Positions 58,590 to 64,000 of a stretch of DNA of 64,000 bases are shown here, piece after piece. The DNA is taken from positions 256,001 through 320,000 of the forward strand of contig CAWCRS010000008.1 in assembly GCA_963798085.1 (NCBI GenBank), read 5' to 3'. A program made the position numbers and the translations under genes. This DNA is from an uncultured Gemmatimonadales bacterium. Its GTDB lineage: Bacteria > Gemmatimonadota > Gemmatimonadetes > Longimicrobiales > RSA9. The notes under the pieces are model-generated. The model had not been told where the DNA came from. It did not search any database and was given only the letters and a program-made list of their open reading frames with translations. The first letter of the stretch is position 1; every line of letters starts with the position of its first letter.

Positions 58590-58850
58590 ACGCCCCGGCC
58601 CATACCCACTCCTCCTCCTCCAGGCCATCTCCCTGCCCAGCAACGGCCCCGTTCCCCGCCGTTACTAACAGATTGTCAGAAGAAGGGACAGGGAGAAGGG
58701 CATGGAGACGAATCCGGGGAGGAGAAAGGGGGAGTGTTTACGGGCAGGGGTAGGGTGGGGCGGGTTCGTGCCCCGGATCCCCACCCCTCAACGGGTGCCC
58801 GTGCCCGCGTCCGACCCCGATCCCCGGGCCCCTCCCCTCACCCTCCCCCC
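58590..58850. repeat. Full family A element between convergent genes
   Basis: Same order of arm, CTAACA-N3-TGTCAG core, purine arm and 29-bp core as 30600-30990. Confidence 0.75.
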
Positions 58851-58857
58851 GAACTAT

Positions 58858-61776
58858 CTAACGCGGGATTACGCCTTTCTCCGTCTGCGGCAGCCCATCC
58901 GTAAGCCATTTGGGCGCCGGTTTGTCCATCAGATAGTGGTCGAAGAACTGCTTCATGCGGATCGTGAAGTCCTTCTGGTTGTCGCGGTTCGCGAGATTGT
59001 GGCCTCGCCCGGGTACGACAGCAAGATCACCTGTTTGCCATTGCGCCTCGCCGCATTGAAGAACTGGAGCCCCTCGACGTAGTCCACCGCGCCGTCATCC
59101 ATGCCCTGCAGGATCATGAACGGCGTCTTGATGTTGCGCACGTGGAAGAGGGGCGACTGCTCCTCGTAGAGGTCGTTCGAGTTCCAGGGGTCGACATCGG
59201 CGCCCATGCGCACCTGCCCCACTTCCGTGATGCCCTGCTGCACCGTGCCCGTGCTCTTGTACAGCTCATCGTAGAAGCTCGATCAGGTTGGTCGGCGGCG
59301 CGCCCGTGACCACGGCCGCGAACATGTCGGTCTGCGTGACGATGTACGACGACTGGTAGCCGCCCCAGCTGTGGCCCGTGCAGACCAATGTGTTCGGGAT
59401 CCGCGTAGCCCAGGTCGATCACCTTCTTCACCGCGTGCGTCACGCAGTCCACCGCCGACGTGCCCGGGCTTGCCGATCTCGTACACGATGTCCGGCTGGA
59501 ACACCAGGTAGCCGTTGCTCGCGTACGTCGAGATGCTGCGGACTGTTGCTGTAGCCCGGCGTCGAGAAGTTGTGATGCGTGTTCGACATCAGTCTCGTAG
59601 AACTCGACGAGCATGGGGTAGCGCTTGCCCGGCTGGTAGCCGGCCGGCAGCCCAACGTGCCCTGCAGCTTCTGCCCCTTCGAGTTGCTGTAGTCGATGAG
59701 CACCTTCCCCGCCGACCATGCATACTCCGAGAGGAACGGATCCGCATCCGTCACCTTGCGGGGCGAGGCAAACAATGTGTTGGTGGCCCAGTAGTCGGGG
59801 AACTCGTTGTAGTCCTGCTCCGTGAAGACGACGCGGTCCGCGTCATCCGCCTTCTGCGCGCCGCCGATCGCCTTGTCCGCCCAGATCAGCGGCTTCGGGG
59901 CCTCACCGGCCATGACCTGCCAGTAGCCCGACTTCTTGGTGCGATCGCCGTACGCCGACAGCATCACCGGCTTCGACAGATCGATGCCTTCGTCTTCATC
60001 TGCCGCCGCGCCGAAGCCGCCGCCCCGGCCGCCTCGTCCGCCGCCGCCCGCGCCGAAGCGCACGACCCGGAACTGGATCTGCTGTGCCGCGCCCGTGCCG
60101 GCGGTCAGGTTGCGTCGCCCTGCTGCCATCGAGCGGCACCTGCCACACATCGAACTTGTCGTAGAGCAGCACGGAGTGGCCGTCCTTCGACCAGCCGCCC
60201 ACGCCCCACATGGGCCGCTCGTACGCGTGGTCGTCATCCTCGTTGAGGAAGCTCTTGCCGCCCGCGGCCGCGTTCAGGTCGACGACGCTGCCGTTCTCGC
60301 AGGTTGAACGCGCGCGCATCGCCGCTCTTGAGGTAGAGGAACCACTTCGAGTCCGGCGAAGTCCCGTAGGTGCGCGAGAGGGCCTTGTCGATGAGCGTGC
60401 GCTGCCCCGTGCGGATGTCCACCTTGTACAGATCCGCCCGCGACCCGCCCCACGCCACCTCGCCTCTGTACGCGGCGTCATTGCGGCCCACGCCTACCTC
60501 GCTGTTAGCCGCCGTCTGCACGGTGCGCATGTCGTCATCGCCCAGGCGCACGAACCTGCCGCCGGCGACGAAGACCACGGCCGGGTACGTCGCCCGCCGC
60601 AGCTGCGCCAGCTGCACGATCTGCACCGACTGCGGCGTCTGGTCCTTCCAGTGCCAGACGTCCACATTGGCCTTCGTCGAGTCCGACGCCGGGATCTCGG
60701 CCTCCTGCTCCTTGATGCCGACGAACACGCGCGAGCCGTCGCGGCTCCAGCGCGGTGTCGCGTACTCACTCAGCACCATGTCCTTCGGGAACGACGCGTC
60801 GGCCGTTGGGTCGTAGCTGAACTCCGCTCCCTCCGCGCTGCCCAGTCCGCTCCATGCCAGCAGCGTGTTAGCCTTCTGCTTCATCCCCTTCACGGTATCG
60901 CCGCGCAGCACGGCGAGGTTGGAACCTTCGGGGCTCCAGGCGAGGCGCGTCGAAGTCCGCGGCCGCGGTGTTGAGCGCGCGCGTCTCGCCGCTCGCGAGG
61001 TCGAGCAGATAGACGCCGTTGCCCATGCGCTCCGAGGCGGAGACGGTGTAGGCCAGCAGGTTGCCCGCGTCGTCGAACTCGAACTGGTCGACATTGCCAA
61101 TGTTGCGCACCGTTCCGCTGGCCAGCTCGCGCAGGATCAGGTCCGCGCCATCGAACTTCGCATCGGCCTGCGCCTTGTTGAGCCGCACCGCCAGGAACTT
61201 CGAGTCGGCCGAGAACTTCCATGACGCCGCGTTAGCGATCGAGGTCCGGACGCCGCTGGCGAGGTCGAGCAGCTCGAGGTGTCCGACGGGAGGCGTCGCC
61301 TGACCATTCTGTGCAGCACCGCGACCGCCGCCGCCGTTGCCGCCGCGCCCACGTCCGCCCGCGCGCTCCGGCGGGTTCACGAAATAGGTGATCCAGTGCG
61401 AGTCGCCGGAGAACTGCGTCGCGCCGCCACCGCCGCCGCGACCGCCGCGTCCCCCGCCACCACCCGCGCGGCCGCCGCGTCCACCGCCCAGCGAGGACGT
61501 GTAGTCGTGCGTCCCGTCGAGCTCTTTCACGTGCAGCAGCGGCTCACCCTCATTGGGCGAGTACGTGAAGGTCATCCAGCGCCCATCGTGCGACAGCTCG
61601 GTGCCCGTGATGCGGTTCCAGCGGCCGTAGTCCTCGAGGTTGAGGACCTTGTCGCCGCTCGCCGAGCCGGCCGTGGTTGCAGAGGCAATGGCCCGCGTCT
61701 GCGCGTGCAGCTGCAACGGCGTGAGCAGGAACGCGAAGGCGAGGACGCGCGGGAGCAGTGATTGGCGGCGTCGCAT
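58858..61776 (-). CDS. S9 prolyl oligopeptidase / acylaminoacyl peptidase family; many frameshifts
   Basis: Signal peptide, propeller fragments, G-HSWGGY nucleophile motif (split by a frameshift), ILQGMDDGAV, YPGE, ending FFDHYLMDKPAPKWLTDGLP...*. Confidence 0.85.
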
Positions 61777-61841
61777 ACGAGGTTCTCCGGAAGAAGATGT
61801 GCGGGATCAGATAACAGATTGCGAGGCGCCCAGCAAGACAG

Positions 61842-63999
61842 TCAGGCAGGCAGGCGCATGCGTCGCAACAGCGCCTGGAAGCCGGGATGGGTGTGCAGTG
61901 GGCGGAACAGGAACGAGCCCTTGACGCCGTAGACCGCGCCACCCCGATCCTGGAACGCCTGTTCGAGGCACGCCACCGCTTTGTCGTACTCACCGAGGCC
62001 GGTGTAAATGTAGGCCAGGTGATAGGGCGCGACGTAGCGCGTGCGGGACTGCGCCTCGAGCTGTGCCAGCAGTTCGCGCGCGCGTGCCGTCCTGCCGGCC
62101 AGCGCACAGGCCTGCCCGAGTTGCGCCAGCCAGAGGCTGTTGCCGGACGACAGCTCGACCGCGCGCTCGAGCCGGGCCAGCCCTTCCTCCTGCTGCCCCG
62201 ACTCGAACAGAGCCCAGCCGAGCGTGGAGCAGGCACGGGCATCATCGCCTGCGAGCTCGGCGGCATGGCGGGCCGCTTCCACCGCTTCGTCATACCGTCC
62301 CGCGCGCATCAGCAATGTGGCGACGTCGGTACGATGCGCGAGCGGGTCCAGCTCCTGCGCGCGGCGTTGCAGAACGATCGCTTCCTCGAAGCGTTCCTGC
62401 GCCGAGCACAGGCGACCGCACAGGTCGTACGCATCGGCGTCGCCCGGACGCAACTCGATCGCACGCTTGAACGCCGTCTCCGCGCCCGTCCAGTCGAACT
62501 CGTAGACAAGCCTGGCGTAGCCGACGGTGCAATGCGCATCGGCCAGCTCACTGTCGATGGCCAGGGCCCGCGCGGCGGCGGCCTGCGCACGCGGATAGGC
62601 ATCATCGGGCGGCAGCGCGCCCATCTCGCCCAGCTCCGTGAGCGCCATCGCGATACCGGCGAACGCCGGCGCATAGTCCGGGTCATGCGCGATGGCTCGC
62701 TCGAAGTACTCGATTGCCTTGCGCATGCTGTCACTGGTGTAGCGGATCAGGTGATGACGACCCTGCAGGTGCAGCTGGTAGGCGTGCGGGTCGCGGGTCG
62801 GCTGCCGCTCGATGCGAACGCGCTCGACCGGCGAGAGTTCCGCTCGCAACGCGCCGACGATCTGCAGTGCCACCTCCGACTGTATCGCGAAGATGTCGGT
62901 CAGCTCCCGGTCGTACGTTTCCGCCCAGAGGTGCTGGTCGGTGTCCGCATTCACCAGTTGGGCGACAATGCGCACGCGCGATCCGGCGCGGCGCACACTG
63001 CCTTCCAGCACCGCACCCACCTGCAGCTGTTGCGCGATTTCGCGCAGGCCCTGCGTGTGCTGCTTGAACGGCATCACCGACGTTCGCGAGACAACCTTCA
63101 GTGCGCGGATCTTGGAGAGCTGCGCGATGACATCCTCGGTGATGCCGTCGGCGAAGTACTCGTTCTCCGGATCAGCGCTCAGGCTCACGAACGGCAGTAC
63201 CGCAACCGAGGGCAGCGCCGCAGTGGCAGCGGGCCGTCGTGACAGCGCGTCGGTGAATGCCGCCATGGTGCTGAACCGGTCGGCCGGACTCTTGGCCAGT
63301 GCACGTTGCAGCGCGGCCGCCACCTCGGCGGGCACTGCAGGCCGGAACCGCGCGATCGGCGGCGGCGTCTCCATCACATGCTGGTGGAACAGGCGCTCAA
63401 CGCCCGGCCCGCGGAACGGTGGCTGCCCCGCCAGCATCTCGTACAGCGTGCACGCCAGGCTGTAGAGATCGCTGCGCCCGTCGGTCGCGCTTTCGCCCGC
63501 CGCCTGCTCCGGACTCATGTACAGTGGGGTGCCCGGCGCCATACCCGATCGGGTGAGCACGGTATCGCTCGAGTCGCGCAGCAGACGGGTGATGCCGAAG
63601 TCCATTAACAGCGCATGGCCGTGCTCGAGCAGGATGTTCTCCGGCTTGACGTCGCGGTGGACGACGCCGCGGCTGTGCGCGTAGCCCAGTGCGTCCGCCA
63701 CTTCGCGCGCGATCTGCAGCGCCGCATCCACCGGCAGCTGTCGCTCGCGTTGCAGCCGCGAGCGCAACGTCTCGCCCTCCACGAGTGGCATCACGAAATA
63801 CAGGAAGCCGTCCGCTTCACCGGAATCGTAGAGTGGCAGGATGTGCGGGTGATGCAGTTTCGCGGTGGTCTCGATCTCGCGCAGGAAACGTTCCGGGCCC
63901 AGCGCCGCCGCCAGCTCCGGACGCAGTACCTTGATCGCGACCTTGCGCCCGTGCCGGATATCGTCCGCCTCGTAGACGCGCGCCGTGCCACCTGCCCCC
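61842..63999 (-). CDS. Ser/Thr kinase with TolB-N-like (SVAVLPF) domain and TPR repeats; 5' end outside window
   Basis: The frame stays open to the window edge (GAGGTARVY..VAIKVL..ERFLREI); HRDVKPEN, DFG, SVAVLPF..YFADGITED, TPRs. Confidence 0.93.
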   Translation of the reverse strand, partial: GAGGTARVYEADDIRHGRKVAIKVLRPELAAALGPERFLREIETTAKLHHPHILPLYDSGEADGFLYFVMPLVEGETLRSRLQRERQLPVDAALQIAREVADALGYAHSRGVVHRDVKPENILLEHGHALLMDFGITRLLRDSSDTVLTRSGMAPGTPLYMSPEQAAGESATDGRSDLYSLACTLYEMLAGQPPFRGPGVERLFHQHVMETPPPIARFRPAVPAEVAAALQRALAKSPADRFSTMAAFTDALSRRPAATAALPSVAVLPFVSLSADPENEYFADGITEDVIAQLSKIRALKVVSRTSVMPFKQHTQGLREIAQQLQVGAVLEGSVRRAGSRVRIVAQLVNADTDQHLWAETYDRELTDIFAIQSEVALQIVGALRAELSPVERVRIERQPTRDPHAYQLHLQGRHHLIRYTSDSMRKAIEYFERAIAHDPDYAPAFAGIAMALTELGEMGALPPDDAYPRAQAAAARALAIDSELADAHCTVGYARLVYEFDWTGAETAFKRAIELRPGDADAYDLCGRLCSAQERFEEAIVLQRRAQELDPLAHRTDVATLLMRAGRYDEAVEAARHAAELAGDDARACSTLGWALFESGQQEEGLARLERAVELSSGNSLWLAQLGQACALAGRTARARELLAQLEAQSRTRYVAPYHLAYIYTGLGEYDKAVACLEQAFQDRGGAVYGVKGSFLFRPLHTHPGFQALLRRMRLPA

Positions 64000-64000
64000 A

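Noticed and set aside
129..63991. Numerous long antisense or alternate-frame ORFs (e.g. 11976..13922 -, 32931..35090 +, 53189..54694 -, 55126..56682 -)
   Set aside because: Shadow ORFs expected in high-GC DNA; they overlap genes with clear family motifs and carry none themselves.
1..64000. tRNA, rRNA or transposase genes
   Set aside because: None recognised by eye; tRNAscan-SE, Infernal and ISEScan were not run.

Overview
GC-rich bacterial window. The gene families present (ADOP-type ABC permeases with PadR, Ser/Thr kinase-TPR proteins, a SusD-like lipoprotein, Gly/Arg-rich periplasmic hydrolases) suggest Gemmatimonadota or a similar soil lineage; this is inference only. Bases 1-15.36 kb are the 3' half of a tightly coupled, same-strand contractile-tail operon, most like an extracellular contractile injection system (eCIS) or tailocin. 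In order it holds two tandem M23-peptidase-tipped proteins, a split gp27/gp5 spike, PAAR, gp25, baseplate J/gp6 and a gp7-like wedge with an inserted beta-propeller. It ends with two mutually paralogous fibre-like proteins (one with a ComEA-like helix-hairpin-helix N-terminus) and a terminal protein sharing an unnamed ~110-aa domain with the wedge protein. No capsid, terminase, integrase or T6SS membrane genes are in view. Bases 15.4-50 kb hold mostly exported enzymes: NHL protein, IorAB-like molybdoenzyme, SGNH hydrolase, Tat-signal aminotransferase, M16 pair, 9-haem HAO-family cytochrome, amidases, amidohydrolases and an acyltransferase-SGNH, plus ABC permeases. Bases 50.4-58.5 kb are a four-gene cluster: lipoprotein, zinc-ribbon/kinase/Ig-repeat membrane protein, pseudo-protease and orphan SusD-like lipoprotein. 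Three families of dispersed intergenic repeats and a recurring palindromic motif are visible. Several genes carry frameshifts, clustered in three genes, which are probably assembly or read errors. All family assignments come from motif recognition by eye; no database searches were run.
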